The position numbers and the translations under genes are program-made. DNA of 64,000 bases from contig OZ219918.1 in the NCBI GenBank assembly GCA_964291415.2, positions 832,001 through 896,000 on the forward strand, written 5' to 3'. The stretch is from Alphaproteobacteria bacterium (lineage in GTDB: Bacteria > Pseudomonadota > Alphaproteobacteria > SP197). Position 1 is the stretch's first letter. The number at the start of each line of letters is the position of its first letter. The notes beneath the pieces are model-generated. The model did no database searches. It saw only the letters and a list, made by a program, of their open reading frames with translations, and was not told where the DNA came from. Below, one piece after another: positions 37,642-48,505 of this stretch.

Positions 37642-39015
37642 TCAGACCGGCGGGAAGAGGTCGGTACACCCGGTGGCCTGCTCGAAGGCGAAGGCGACCT
37701 GCAGGGCAAGAAGGTCGCGACCTGGAGGAGCAATCACCTGCAATCCCCGGGGGATCCCGGACTCGGAAAAACCGCAGGGAACAGTGGTCGTCGGCAGACC
37801 CACCATGGGAGACACGTAGAGCAGGGTCCAGTCGATCAGGTCGCCGGCCAGGTCGTCGTCGAAGCCGATGGCGTCACAGGGATCGTCAGGCCAAAGCAGG
37901 ACGTCGTTATCCTGGAAGGCGCGGACAAGGTCAGCCCAGACCCGGTGGCGGCAGGCCTCCGCTTCGAGAATGTCCCGGCCGGACATGGCCTCGGCTGCTT
38001 GCGCGCGCCGTGCCAGGCCCGGGTCAACGCCCGGGCCGTGGACAGCGCCGACATCTCGCGCCACACGCTGTTCGCAAAGGCGGTGGCTCATGTCGGAAAC
38101 CCCGCCGACATTGATGTCGCACTGCGTCAGACGAGCCCCGAGACCGCTGAAGACCTCGAGTCCCGCCATGAAGGTGGTGCGGATGGAAGGGTCGACATCG
38201 AGCGATCCGTGATCGCAGCTCCAGCCGATGCTGAGATCGGAGGGATCGATGGCGAGATCGACCGGACCCGCCGGAAAGGGCGGAGCCACGACCACCGGAG
38301 ATCGCGGATCGGGACCGGCCAGTACGGAGAGGAAAAGGGCCGCATCAGCCACCGATCTGGCCATGGGCCCCGGAGAGTTCATGTTGTGCCAGAGGAGGGG
38401 ATTGGGCACATCCGGGACCATCCAGGAGGTCGGACGATGGCCGACGACATTGCACCATGCGGCCGGATTGCGAAGGGACCCTCCGATGTCGGAACCGTCG
38501 GCCAGCGACACCATGCCGGCTGAAAGGGCCGCGGCGCTGCCGCCACTGGAGGCGCCGGGACACAGCCGGGTGTCCCAGGGATTGCGCGTCGCTCCGAACA
38601 CCGGATTGTCGCAGGTGTTGCGCGCCATCGTGAACTCGGGCGTGTTGAGTTTGCCGAGGATGATGGCGCCGGCGCGCCGTTCGCGCTCGACGACGAGGTG
38701 ATCATGATCCGGCACGTGGCGGGCGCAGGCTTGCGATCCCCAGGTGGTGCGAATCCCCCGTGTCGCGAAGCAGTCCTTCACACCGACCGTGAGTCCGTGG
38801 AGGACACCTTCGGCGTTCCCTCGTGCCCGTTCGTCGTCCCTTCTCCGCGCCTCGTCGCGGGCCCGATCCGCATCCAGTGTGACGAAGGCGTTGATCTCCG
38901 GATTGCTCCTCGTGATGCGGGCGATCTGGGCATCGACGAGTTCAAGCGATGACAGCTCGCCCGAGTCCAGCAGCCGCTTGTGTTCGAGGGCCGTCAGATG
39001 ACAGAGATCGGTCAT
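37642..39015 (-). CDS. amidase signature family protein
   Basis: GVKD, GASSGGSAAA, GSDIGGSLRNP. Confidence 0.92.
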   Translation of the reverse strand: MTDLCHLTALEHKRLLDSGELSSLELVDAQIARITRSNPEINAFVTLDADRARDEARRRDDERARGNAEGVLHGLTVGVKDCFATRGIRTTWGSQACARHVPDHDHLVVERERRAGAIILGKLNTPEFTMARNTCDNPVFGATRNPWDTRLCPGASSGGSAAALSAGMVSLADGSDIGGSLRNPAAWCNVVGHRPTSWMVPDVPNPLLWHNMNSPGPMARSVADAALFLSVLAGPDPRSPVVVAPPFPAGPVDLAIDPSDLSIGWSCDHGSLDVDPSIRTTFMAGLEVFSGLGARLTQCDINVGGVSDMSHRLCEQRVARDVGAVHGPGVDPGLARRAQAAEAMSGRDILEAEACRHRVWADLVRAFQDNDVLLWPDDPCDAIGFDDDLAGDLIDWTLLYVSPMVGLPTTTVPCGFSESGIPRGLQVIAPPGRDLLALQVAFAFEQATGCTDLFPPV

Positions 39016-40154
39016 GCGAGGCGTGCCATGAGCCGGCGCAGGAAGGCGTGGCAGGCCTCGACCTGCTCTATGGCGATGAACTCGTTGGGCTGATGCGCCT
39101 GGGCGATGTCGCCGGGACCGCACACCACGGCGGCGTAGCTGTTTTCCTGGAAGATGCCGGCCTCGGTGCCGAACGATGCCTGGGAGGTGCTGTTGGCACC
39201 GGTCAGCTGAAGGGCGAGTTCGGTTGCCGCTGAAGCGCTGTCCGGCCGGAGCGGCGGCACCCTGGCGCCCGATGTCGTGGTGATGTCGCAGTCCGCGTGG
39301 CGCGTCTGCATGGTCTCTCGCAGTTGTTCGAGACACGCATGGGCCCTGCTTTCGATCTCCGCCGGATCATCCGTCGGCATGGTGCGGAAGTGCCAGTCGA
39401 CATGACAGTCCTGGGCGATGATGTTGCTGGCGGTTCCACCGTTGAGAATCCCCACCTGAATGGTGGTGTAGGGCGGCACGAACCCGAGATCGGGACGGGC
39501 CCGGGCCTGGTATTCCTCGAACAGATCATCGAGGAAGGCGATGAATCGCCCGGCGGCATGGGTGGCGCTCACGCCGATGTGGGTGGCGCTGGAATGGGCC
39601 GGCACGCCCCTGAAGTGCGTGTGGAACACGGCGATCCCCTTGTGGGCATCCACCACCTCCATCAGTGTCGGCTCGCCGATGATGACGGCCGAGGGCCGAA
39701 GATCGCGGCGTTTCAGTTCGCCGATGAGTCCGTGGACACCGAGGCAGCCGACCTCCTCGTCATAGGAAAAGGCAAGGTGAACGGGGCGCTTGAGTCCGCA
39801 GGCGAGAAACTCCGGCACGCACGCCAGGGCAACGGCGATGAAGCTCTTCATGTCACTGGTGCCGCGGCCAAAGAGCCTGCCGCCCTCATCGTGGACTTCG
39901 AAGGGATCGGTGTTCCATGGCTGGCCATCCACCGGCACCACGTCCGTGTGACCGGAAAGCACCACACCTCCCTCCCTGTCGGGCCCCAGGGTCGCGAACA
40001 GGTTCGCCTTGCGGCGTTCGTCGTCGTGAACGAGGGTGCTCGTGACGCCGTGCGACTCCAGATAGTCGGCAATCCAGTGGATCATTTCCAGGTTCGAGCG
40101 GTGGCTCGTGGTGTCGAAGGCAATCAGGCGGCGGATCATGTCGACCGGTGTCAT
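39012..40154 (-). CDS. argE: acetylornithine deacetylase
   Basis: SGHTDVVP, GRGTSDMK, YDEEVGC, GEPT, AHQPNE. Confidence 0.93.
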   Translation of the reverse strand: MTPVDMIRRLIAFDTTSHRSNLEMIHWIADYLESHGVTSTLVHDDERRKANLFATLGPDREGGVVLSGHTDVVPVDGQPWNTDPFEVHDEGGRLFGRGTSDMKSFIAVALACVPEFLACGLKRPVHLAFSYDEEVGCLGVHGLIGELKRRDLRPSAVIIGEPTLMEVVDAHKGIAVFHTHFRGVPAHSSATHIGVSATHAAGRFIAFLDDLFEEYQARARPDLGFVPPYTTIQVGILNGGTASNIIAQDCHVDWHFRTMPTDDPAEIESRAHACLEQLRETMQTRHADCDITTTSGARVPPLRPDSASAATELALQLTGANSTSQASFGTEAGIFQENSYAAVVCGPGDIAQAHQPNEFIAIEQVEACHAFLRRLMARLA

Positions 40155-40156
40155 GG

Positions 40157-41608
40157 TTACTCTCTCCAGAAATCAGGTGTCACAAGGACGAGGAGCGTCA
40201 GAAACTCGAGTCTGCCCAGGAGCATGCCGATGCACAGAAGGAGTTTCGCAGTATCGGGAAGCTCTGAATAGTTGCCCTGTGGTCCGATGACGGGTCCCAG
40301 TCCCGGTCCGATGTTGGCGAGTGCGGCCACCGCACCCGAAGCACTGGTCACGAAATCGAGGTCGTGCGCCGCCAGACCGGCGGTCAACAGGAAGAAGCCG
40401 GCGACAAAGATGATCAGGAAGGTTGCGACGGACTGCGCCACCGCGTCACTGATGCGCATGTCGTTGTAGTGGGCGATGAACACCCCGTGTGGCTGGATAA
40501 GCCGCCGGAGCTGGATGTAGAGCATGGCAGCGAGAACATGGACGCGGAACATCTTGATGCCACCGGCCGTCGAACCGGTACATCCTCCCAGGAACAGGAG
40601 AATGAAGAAGATGGCGACGGCGAAGCCACCCCAGGCACCGAAATCCTCTGTCGAGTATCCGGTGCTCGTGGCGATGGCCACGACGTTGAATGACACTTCC
40701 CGCAACACGCTCCAGGAGAACATCACGTCGCTGGTCTGGATGGAGCGATAGATGGTCAGGAGGGCAACGACGACGACGATGATGCTCATGAAGAGGCGAA
40801 GCTGGACATCGCGCCACAGCGGGACGAAGTGGCCTCGCGTCATCTGCATGTAGATGACGAAGGGCAGGGCACCCAGGATCATGAACACCATGGCGACGAG
40901 TTCGATCGACTGATTGTCAAAGTGACCGATGGAGCCGTCATGGGTGGAGAAGCCCGCGGTGGACACGGTCGTCATGGCATGGGCCAGGGCATCGAATGTC
41001 GACATGCCGGCGCCCCAGTAGGCAAGGAAGCACAGCACCGAGAACACCGCATAGATGATCGTGATGACGGCGGCGATGCGCACGGTGCGCGGCAGCATCT
41101 TTTCCTGTTCCGACGATTCCGTGCTGAACAGCTGCATGCCGGCAATGCGCAGCATGGGCAGCACGGCAACGGCCGTGACGATGATGCCGATGCCGCCCAG
41201 CCACTGAAGCAGGGCGCGCCACAGCAGGATGCCGGTCTGCCTGGATTGCAGGTCGGTCACGACGGTCGCGCCGGTCGTCGTCAGTCCTGCCGTCGCCTCG
41301 AACAGGGCATCGGTGTAGTCGAGTCCGAGATCGGCGAAGGCAAAGGGCAACGCGGCAAAGGCGCACAGCACGATCCATGAGACGCCCGTGAGGAGGAAGG
41401 CCTGGCGCACGCTCAGTCCCGAGGCGCTCGTGAGGTTGGTGAGAAAGAGCGCCATGCCGACAAACAATGTCAGCGAACCGGCGCCAAGGAACACCAGCCA
41501 GTCATCGTGCCCTTCGACGAGATCGGCCGTCATCGGCAGAAACATGGCCACGGCAAGCATGGAAAGAAGGATGCCCGCAATCTGCAGAATGGGCCTGATA
41601 TCGATCAC
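40157..41608 (-). CDS. trkH: Trk potassium uptake permease
   Basis: TTTGAT, WLGGIG, STAGFS, GSTAGGIK, NIGPG, GRLE; GTG start. Confidence 0.93.
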   Translation of the reverse strand: MIDIRPILQIAGILLSMLAVAMFLPMTADLVEGHDDWLVFLGAGSLTLFVGMALFLTNLTSASGLSVRQAFLLTGVSWIVLCAFAALPFAFADLGLDYTDALFEATAGLTTTGATVVTDLQSRQTGILLWRALLQWLGGIGIIVTAVAVLPMLRIAGMQLFSTESSEQEKMLPRTVRIAAVITIIYAVFSVLCFLAYWGAGMSTFDALAHAMTTVSTAGFSTHDGSIGHFDNQSIELVAMVFMILGALPFVIYMQMTRGHFVPLWRDVQLRLFMSIIVVVVALLTIYRSIQTSDVMFSWSVLREVSFNVVAIATSTGYSTEDFGAWGGFAVAIFFILLFLGGCTGSTAGGIKMFRVHVLAAMLYIQLRRLIQPHGVFIAHYNDMRISDAVAQSVATFLIIFVAGFFLLTAGLAAHDLDFVTSASGAVAALANIGPGLGPVIGPQGNYSELPDTAKLLLCIGMLLGRLEFLTLLVLVTPDFWRE

Positions 41609-41642
41609 GGACGTGTCCCGCTCTTCGAGGATCCGACGTGTG

Positions 41643-42248
41643 CTATGTCGAAATCCCCGGTACGGGGTTGCCGATATAGGCCAGAAACTCGCGACGCGTT
41701 GCCGATTTGATGCGGAAGTCGCCAAGCATGCGGCTGGTCACCATGGTGACGCCCGGCTTGTGGACGCCGCGTGTGGTCATGCAGTGATGGGTGGCCTCGA
41801 CGACGACGCCCACGCCCCTTGGCTCGAGAATGTCGTTGATGGTATCCGCGATCTGTGCCGTCAGGCGTTCCTGAATCTGCAGCCGCCGCGAATAGATCTC
41901 CACCATGCGGGCCAGCTTGGATATGCCGACGACCCGCGAACGAGGCATGTAGGCAATATGACACTGGCCGATGACAGGGGCGAGGTGGTGTTCGCAGTGG
42001 GATTCGAAGCGGACGTTCCTGAGGGCGATCATCTCGTCGTAGCCCTCTGTCTCGTCGAAGGTCCTGGCCAGGAAGCTGGCCGGGTCCATGCCGTAGCCGG
42101 TGAACCACTCGCGGTAGGCGTTCACCACGCGTGACGGAGTGTCCAGAAGCCCCGGGCGCTCGGGGTCGTCGCCAGCCCAGCGTATCAGTGTCCTGACCGC
42201 CTCCTCGGCCTCCTCGCGGGAGGGACTGTCCTCGCAGGATTCGCTCAC
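41643..42248 (-). CDS. folE: GTP cyclohydrolase I
   Basis: GLLDTP.R, SHCEHH, GISKLAR, QIQERLT, HHCM..RGV. Confidence 0.95.
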   Translation of the reverse strand: MSESCEDSPSREEAEEAVRTLIRWAGDDPERPGLLDTPSRVVNAYREWFTGYGMDPASFLARTFDETEGYDEMIALRNVRFESHCEHHLAPVIGQCHIAYMPRSRVVGISKLARMVEIYSRRLQIQERLTAQIADTINDILEPRGVGVVVEATHHCMTTRGVHKPGVTMVTSRMLGDFRIKSATRREFLAYIGNPVPGIST

Positions 42249-42306
42249 GTCTCGACTCCCCGACCGTTGGCAGGTCGGCCCCTCTTATCCCCTGGCGCGT
42301 GAGGGT

Positions 42307-42699
42307 TCAATTGATGCGCCGGGCCTGCCAGGGGCTGTCCAGTGAAAATGCGGGAACCACGGCATCGAACATCTCGCCTGATTCGGCCTGCATCTGGTAG
42401 GTCCCGGCCATGATGCCGGATGGTGTCGAAAGCGGTGTCCCGGAGGTGTACTCGAACGACTCTCCGGGTTGGAGAACGGGTTGTTCACCGACGACACCCG
42501 GCCCCTGGACCTCCTGGAGCTGGCCCCGTCCGTCGGTGATCTTCCAGTGACGGGTCAGAAGCTGCACGGTTTCCTCGCCTTCATTGACGATTCTGACCTG
42601 GTAGGCCCACACGAAGTGATTGCTGTCCGGCTCGGACTGGCTCTCGAGGTAGACCGGGTTGACCGAGATGCGCACACCACGGGTCACTTCTTCGTACAT
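42307..42699 (-). CDS. apaG: ApaG protein
   Basis: QLLTRHWKITD, GVVGEQP, FEYTSG. Confidence 0.93.
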   Translation of the reverse strand: MYEEVTRGVRISVNPVYLESQSEPDSNHFVWAYQVRIVNEGEETVQLLTRHWKITDGRGQLQEVQGPGVVGEQPVLQPGESFEYTSGTPLSTPSGIMAGTYQMQAESGEMFDAVVPAFSLDSPWQARRIN

Positions 42700-43399
42700 G
42701 GTCCATCTCTCCGGAGAGGCAACGGTGACAACGGTGCAGCGGTCGGCATGTCGGGTCAACCCATCCGGTGTGCCGGTTGCGGCGTCCCGGCAGTCCGGAG
42801 TAGAGGCGCTCACAAACGGGTGTGACGCATCAACTGGTCGGCAGTCAAGGCAAGCAGACCGAATAGCGGATCCTCGGACTGCCAGGGATTGACCCTACCT
42901 ACACCTGCTCAAATTGTTTCGATCCCCACCTTCCCCATTTTGGCATGACGGGAGCGAACTGCGGGTAGCTTGCAGCGACGATGGGTCATTCTGAGCTACG
43001 TGGGTTGGTTACCACCTGATTTCATTCGTCGCGGGGCCGTGTTTCACGGGCACCTTCCCCATGGTCATCTCCGCAATCATCAATGCTCCTCGCTGAATCG
43101 GCTCGCCCGCTTCCGTAACGGGGTGTTTTCCGTCAAGCACGACTTTCGACAATTGACCGCGCCGGCTCGGTCTTGTCCATGGACTTCGGCGCCAGCGGCC
43201 TAGCGTTTTTCGGCCGGCGGTTTGCGATGCGCCGAAGGCCATGTGGCTCCGAACCAGGGTCGGTCTACTGTATTGCTTTTGGTCTTGAGGAGGGATCATG
43301 AGCCCGGAAGTGTCCGTCGCCAAGCTCCCGCCTCCGTTTCTGGTCGGCACGTCGACTGCCAACGCCATGCCTGGTTCAAGGCGAATCCCGAGTGCCTAT

Positions 43400-43740
43400 C
43401 TGAACTGCGGCGGCACGTCAGCCCGGTGGAAGGTCGCACAGCGGACTTCGGGGACCGCCGGGAGGCCGCGCTGGTGCTTGGGGTCGATCCGGTGCGCCGC
43501 CCAAGTATCGACGCCCGGCGGGTGGCGGTGACGCTCGGCCTGACGCCGTCGGATGGCCAGATGGCGGCGCTGCTGGTCGACAACCTGACGGTGCGCGAGA
43601 TTGCCACAGCGACGCAACGATCACAGGACTGCGAGCGCTGGCTGACCAAGAGGGTCTACCGGAAGTTGGGCATCAAGGGAAAGGTCGAGATGGCGTGCTA
43701 GGCCTTGGCGGTGGACGCGTTGCCGCGGCGCCGACGACGC
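43400..43740 (+). pseudogene. LuxR-type HTH regulator C-terminal remnant
   Basis: DPVRRPSIDARRVA..LGLTPSD...TVREIA...KRVYRKLGI, stop, then LAVDALPRR in another frame. Confidence 0.65.
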
Positions 43741-43934
43741 GGCTGCAGCCAGCCTCACCCCACCCTGCTCCCGCCACCCTATTCTGGTTCCCGGTGGAAC
43801 TCCCATGCCTCCCAAATGGCAGGGTTTACAGGGCCCTGGATCCTTCTATGGTCAACCTTTTGCTCAAGTGGCCTAGGCAACCATGGTCCCGGCACCACTA
43901 CCGGTCGTTGACGACCTCTGCCGCGAGGGATGAC

Positions 43935-44465
43935 ATGCGAATGCTCTCGATTTTGTTGCTGGTAGGCCTCGTTCAAGTTCCCTCGACACTCGCCTCGACG
44001 AGTCCCGAGCCGCTGAATTACGATCCGCTCCAACGACTCGTGAACTACTTGCTCACCACAGATCCACTCAAAAGAGTGATAAATGAGGGGGGCTGGTTGG
44101 AATTGAGGTCGGTGGTGTTTGACTACGAGAACTGCGTCGCCGGCTTCATGGACAATGAGGGCGGGACCCTCTAGATCTTCTGGAACAATGTGGACGTGGA
44201 TTCCATGAGGACGGAGACAGTTGACCTCATGGGCCAGGAGGATGTGTGGGTTCTCTCATTCTCCGGTGCCGAGGGCTGGTTCTCTGATCCCATTAACGTG
44301 GCGGAAGTTCAAATGAAGAACGAGATGATTGTCGTGGTGTATGCCGCAATGGGATTCTACGCCGGGGAGCACACCTCGATCAAGTTCCCTCTCCATGATG
44401 AGATCGAGTTTGAGCAACTCGCAGACCTTATTGGCATGGTCTATGCACAGCAATGTAGGGGATAA
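43935..44465 (+). pseudogene. secreted hypothetical protein interrupted by one in-frame TAG
   Basis: signal peptide MRMLSILLLVGLV..; TAG at 44172-44174; same frame continues IFWNNVDVD.. to 44465. Confidence 0.55.
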
Positions 44466-44493
44466 ATCGGTTGCCACCAAAATGGATATTGAG

Positions 44494-45258
44494 ATGACCT
44501 CTATCTGGAAGATCATCATAGTAGCCGGGGCCGTGATGACGGTGACCGGGTGCAATCTCAGTTTGACTCAGCAACTATACACATCGGACCTGTTGGATCT
44601 GGCAGACGGAGAGATCGTCGACGTGTCCGCACCGATGACCATGCAGATACCCATCCAGAATGCGGACGAGTGTGAAGAGGCAACGACCTCGATGTCTTTG
44701 ATCGTCAGTGGACTCTTGACAGATTTCTTCCCGAGGAGATGCGAGAGAGTTCGAATGGACAACTACCTGATCGCGGACACGCAAATCCCCGTAACATTCG
44801 TATCAGGTGACGACAGGGATAAGTCGATTCACTCGTTCGCCACCGAAGTGTTCAACGTGGTGGTAACGAACTATTTCGGCGTCAGGTACGAGTCATTGAC
44901 GGAAGAAGGTGCTCTGCCACCGGGACTTCCAAACGTCGTGGATCCGGGATTGGCGGTTTACGTCGTGGTCAATCTCGACAAGATTGAACTCTTGCAAACG
45001 CGACTGGAGGATGAGTTCCCGTTCCAGAACATCGATCTCTCTGAGTCAACGGTCTCAATCGAACTCAACAACGACGTCAGGAACACCATGACTTTTTCAG
45101 TCAGACACGTTTTCATGGAGGACGATCCAGTGCAGAATCGTCGGTTCTTTGAACTCGACCGACGTCACGCGGCGACATTCTCCCTGTCGAACGTCGCTGC
45201 GGCGGGTCTCATGCGTGATGGATTTGTCCCTGCCATGATCCTGCACACGGAGGGATAG
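44494..45258 (+). CDS. hypothetical lipoprotein
   Basis: MTSIWKIIIVAGAVMTVTGC lipobox; long ORF in lower-GC DNA. Confidence 0.7.
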   Translation: MTSIWKIIIVAGAVMTVTGCNLSLTQQLYTSDLLDLADGEIVDVSAPMTMQIPIQNADECEEATTSMSLIVSGLLTDFFPRRCERVRMDNYLIADTQIPVTFVSGDDRDKSIHSFATEVFNVVVTNYFGVRYESLTEEGALPPGLPNVVDPGLAVYVVVNLDKIELLQTRLEDEFPFQNIDLSESTVSIELNNDVRNTMTFSVRHVFMEDDPVQNRRFFELDRRHAATFSLSNVAAAGLMRDGFVPAMILHTEG

Positions 45259-45311
45259 ATGATCACTGACGCTTCCGTTTCCACGCCCAATCATTATTCG
45301 GTCAGCGTCGA

Positions 45312-45815
45312 TCACATCTTTCTTTCGTCTCTTGCCACAGCTCTTACGGCGTTTCTGGATCGTCCAAGGGAGATGGAGGCGGCGGAACAGGAGGCCCCTG
45401 GTGCGTAACTCCGCACCACGATCCGACGTTGCTTGACATCCGACCAGCGCGGGAGTGCCCAACGTTTCACCGCAATCTCCCAACGATCATATCCATCAGC
45501 TACAGCCAAGGCGTGCTTCGAGGATTTTTCGGCGCTACGGTCTAGAAGGTCACCAACAGGTTCCGGCATACGCCATCGGACCGAGCGTCGGGATATGCAT
45601 GTTTCCTTGTCGCCGACCTCCATGACCACCTCGATGACAATGCTGGCCCAGTCGATGTCGTGCCGATGTCTCGGGCGAACATTGGTCGGAGTAGCAACGC
45701 CTGTACGCGGCGCGCCGGCGGCTGACGTGCCGAGAACTCGTGGATCTTGAAGGCGAGAACGAGCCTCTGTCGTTAGTGCATCAACCCGCCGTTGCGTAGG
45801 GCGGCTCTTCGACAT
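45312..45815 (-). CDS. hypothetical protein or remnant
   Basis: 167-aa ORF, no recognised motif. Confidence 0.3.
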   Translation of the reverse strand: MSKSRPTQRRVDALTTEARSRLQDPRVLGTSAAGAPRTGVATPTNVRPRHRHDIDWASIVIEVVMEVGDKETCISRRSVRWRMPEPVGDLLDRSAEKSSKHALAVADGYDRWEIAVKRWALPRWSDVKQRRIVVRSYAPGASCSAASISLGRSRNAVRAVARDERKM

Positions 45816-45947
45816 AGCATTCTTCCAATTCCTTGTTGCATCGGGGAATGCAAAAGAGCTTGAACCCGCTTGTCCGGCGAAAGCAATTGAGAGATTATTC
45901 TTTTTGTTTCAGTGTGTTATTGATGTGGTCAGCACCGAAGGTGCGAG

Positions 45948-46021
45948 GCGGGTGTAGTTCAATGGCAGAACGAAAGCTTCCCAAGCTTTAGACGAGGGTT
46001 CGATTCCCTTCACCCGCTCCA
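45948..46021 (+). tRNA. tRNA-Gly (CCC)
   Basis: GCGGGTG acceptor stem, TTCCCAA anticodon loop, GGTTCGATTCC, TCCA end. Confidence 0.95.
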
Positions 46022-46022
46022 C

Positions 46023-47009
46023 TCACGATGACCGCCTGTAGAGACCGAGCAGTTCGGCCTTCTGTCGTATCAGGGCCAGAACGATGTCGATCGTCGGCGT
46101 GGGATGTCCGGCGATCCGACCCAGTTCCTGAACCGAAGCGACCAGTGCATCGATCTCCATGGCCCGGCCCTGCTCGAGGTCCTGGAGCATGCTTGTGCGG
46201 TGCGCGCCGACGGCCCCGGCTCCATCGATCCGTCTCTCGACATCGATGGCAAACCGTACTCCGAGGGTCTCCGCCACCGCGCGGGCCTCTGTCATCATCG
46301 TGCGGCACAGTTGCCGGACGTCCCGGTCACCGGCCATCTGTTCAAGGGTGGCTCCGGTCAAGGCCGAGACCGGATTGAAACAGAGATTGCCCCAGAGCTT
46401 CACCCAGATATCGTCGCGAATCCTTGTCCGTACCGGCACCTTGAGTCCGTTCTCGCGCATCATCAGCGCCAGGGCACGCGTACGCTCTGTGGCCTCGCCC
46501 GATGGTTCTCCAAGAAAGAAGCGATCACCCTTGAGGTGACGCACCACGCCGGGTGCCGCGACCTCGCACGCCGGAAAGACGACACACCCGATGGCGCGTT
46601 CGGGGCCAATGCCATCCCACTGGACGTCACCAGGATCGACACTCCTGAGGCGATGGTCGCGCCAAACACCCTCAAGGCCATGAAAGTACCACCAGGGAAC
46701 CCCGTTGACGGCCGTCACGACAGCCGTTTCGGGAGTCAGCATCGCCTGCATGGGTTCGACGACCGCAGGCACCGAGTGAGCCTTGAGCGTGATGATGACG
46801 TAGTCCTGCTCTCCGGCTTCCCGCGGGTCGTCGGTGGCCCGGATGCGTCGGGTCTGTCGTCCTTCGGATGACTCCAGGGTCAACCCGTCCTTCCGGATGG
46901 CGGCGAGGTGTGGTCCGCGGGCGATGAGCGTGACCTCGACACCGCTCCCTGCGAGCATGTATCCGAGGTAGCCGCCGATGGCCCCGGCGCCGTAGACCGC
47001 GACCCTCAC
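46023..47009 (-). CDS. ketopantoate reductase family protein (PanE2/oxalyl-CoA reductase-like)
   Basis: GAGAIGG, NGVPWWYF, WVKLWGN, TSMLQD; GTGA overlap with upstream ligase. Confidence 0.88.
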   Translation of the reverse strand: MRVAVYGAGAIGGYLGYMLAGSGVEVTLIARGPHLAAIRKDGLTLESSEGRQTRRIRATDDPREAGEQDYVIITLKAHSVPAVVEPMQAMLTPETAVVTAVNGVPWWYFHGLEGVWRDHRLRSVDPGDVQWDGIGPERAIGCVVFPACEVAAPGVVRHLKGDRFFLGEPSGEATERTRALALMMRENGLKVPVRTRIRDDIWVKLWGNLCFNPVSALTGATLEQMAGDRDVRQLCRTMMTEARAVAETLGVRFAIDVERRIDGAGAVGAHRTSMLQDLEQGRAMEIDALVASVQELGRIAGHPTPTIDIVLALIRQKAELLGLYRRSS

Positions 47010-48505
47010 GACGCGAGTCCGAGTTTGGCGGCGAGTCCTATGCGCTGCAGCTTGCCGGTTGCTCCCTTGGGGATCTCGTCGAGGATAATCACCTGGCGGG
47101 GAACCTTGAAGGCAGCCAGACGAGTCCCGGCAAAGGATCGCAGCGCCGCTTCCGAGGGAGCTTCCCCGTCTCGTGGCACGACGGCAACGGCAACTTCTTC
47201 GCCGAGCGTGGCATGGGGAACGGCGAATGTGACCGCCTGATCGACAGCGGGGTGTGCCATAAGGACCTCGTCCACCTCCAGCGGGCTGATCTTCTCGCCT
47301 CCCCGGTTGATGATTTCCTTGAGCCGGCCGGTGAGCCACAGGTAGCCGCTTTCATCAAGCAGACCCTGATCACCCGTGCGGAACCAGCCATTCTCGAAGG
47401 CTGCACCGTTGGCGGCATCGTTGTTCTCGTAGCCTCCGGTGACACTGGCGCCCCGGATCACGACCTCGCCGGTTTCTCCGGCTTGAAGGAGATGACCATC
47501 CTCCTCATCCATGATCGCCACCTCCGGCCCTGCGGCGATGCCTACCGAACCGGCATGCCGTGGCGCCGGGGGAAGAGGGTTGGAGGTCATCTGATGGGAT
47601 GCCTCGGTCATGCCGTAGGATTCGATCACCGGGCAGCCGAAGGTTGCTTCGAGTTCTTCCATGACCCGCGATGGCAGCGACGCCGAGGATGACCGGATCA
47701 GTCTCAGATCCAGTGAGGCCAGCGCCGCGGCGTTGCGCGGCGCGCGGGCGAGAATCGCCTGGTGCATGGTTGGAACGGCCGTGTACCACGTGGGCCGCAC
47801 GTCCTCGCACCAGGAGAAAAACCTCAGGGGATTGAATCCCGGAGCGCAGTGAACACTGGCGCCGGCCCGCATGGTCGAGAGCACGGCCCCGACAAGTCCG
47901 TGGATGTGGAAAAGAGGCATGATGTTGAGCGCCCGGTCGTCGGGAGAAAGGGCGAGGCTCTGCGCGATGTTCGCGGCCGAGGCGGCGAGATTGTCCCGCG
48001 ACAACGGCACGATCTTGGGTCGCGACGTGGTTCCCGAGGTGTGAAGCACGAGCGCCGTTCCGGCATCGTGGGTGACCGTGCGACCGCCCGGTTCCTCGCG
48101 CAGGCGCAACGTGAAGGTACCGGCGCTGGCGTTCTCTTCAACGCACATCTCGGCCAGTCCCATGCCCAGATCGCGCGCCACGGCGACGGCGTCGGATCCT
48201 GATCCCTCCTCGACAATCAGCAGCCGGGCATCGAGATCCTCGAGATAGAACCTGAATTCGTCCCCGCGATAAGCCGGATTGAGCGGGGCGGCCGTCAGAC
48301 CCGAGGCCACTCCGAGAAAGGCCGAGGCCATCTCGGGACCATTGGGAAGGACAAGGGCAACGCGATCGCCGTCTGCGAGACCGGCCTGACCGAGAACGCC
48401 CCGGGTGTCGGCGATCTGCCGGGCCAGGTCGCGATAGCTCGTCGAACGACGCCCGGGAGCACCGATGGCCGGAGCATCGGCTGCGCCCATGAGGTCGACC
48501 ATCAC
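47006..48505 (-). CDS. acyl-CoA ligase (oxalate-CoA ligase-like)
   Basis: HTSGTTSRPK, MPLFHIHGL, WYTAVPTMHQ, RSSSASL, YGMTEASHQM, TGKLQR. Confidence 0.88.
   Translation of the reverse strand: MMVDLMGAADAPAIGAPGRRSTSYRDLARQIADTRGVLGQAGLADGDRVALVLPNGPEMASAFLGVASGLTAAPLNPAYRGDEFRFYLEDLDARLLIVEEGSGSDAVAVARDLGMGLAEMCVEENASAGTFTLRLREEPGGRTVTHDAGTALVLHTSGTTSRPKIVPLSRDNLAASAANIAQSLALSPDDRALNIMPLFHIHGLVGAVLSTMRAGASVHCAPGFNPLRFFSWCEDVRPTWYTAVPTMHQAILARAPRNAAALASLDLRLIRSSSASLPSRVMEELEATFGCPVIESYGMTEASHQMTSNPLPPAPRHAGSVGIAAGPEVAIMDEEDGHLLQAGETGEVVIRGASVTGGYENNDAANGAAFENGWFRTGDQGLLDESGYLWLTGRLKEIINRGGEKISPLEVDEVLMAHPAVDQAVTFAVPHATLGEEVAVAVVPRDGEAPSEAALRSFAGTRLAAFKVPRQVIILDEIPKGATGKLQRIGLAAKLGLAS

Noticed and set aside
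42919-43004. tRNA-like snippets TTCGATCCCCACCTTCCCCA and CTGAGCTACGTGGG
   Set aside because: No cloverleaf; they do not match the tRNA-Gly or tRNA-Ile ends in the window
44172-44174. Pyrrolysine recoding of the TAG
   Set aside because: No pyl genes in the window and the protein is not a methylamine methyltransferase
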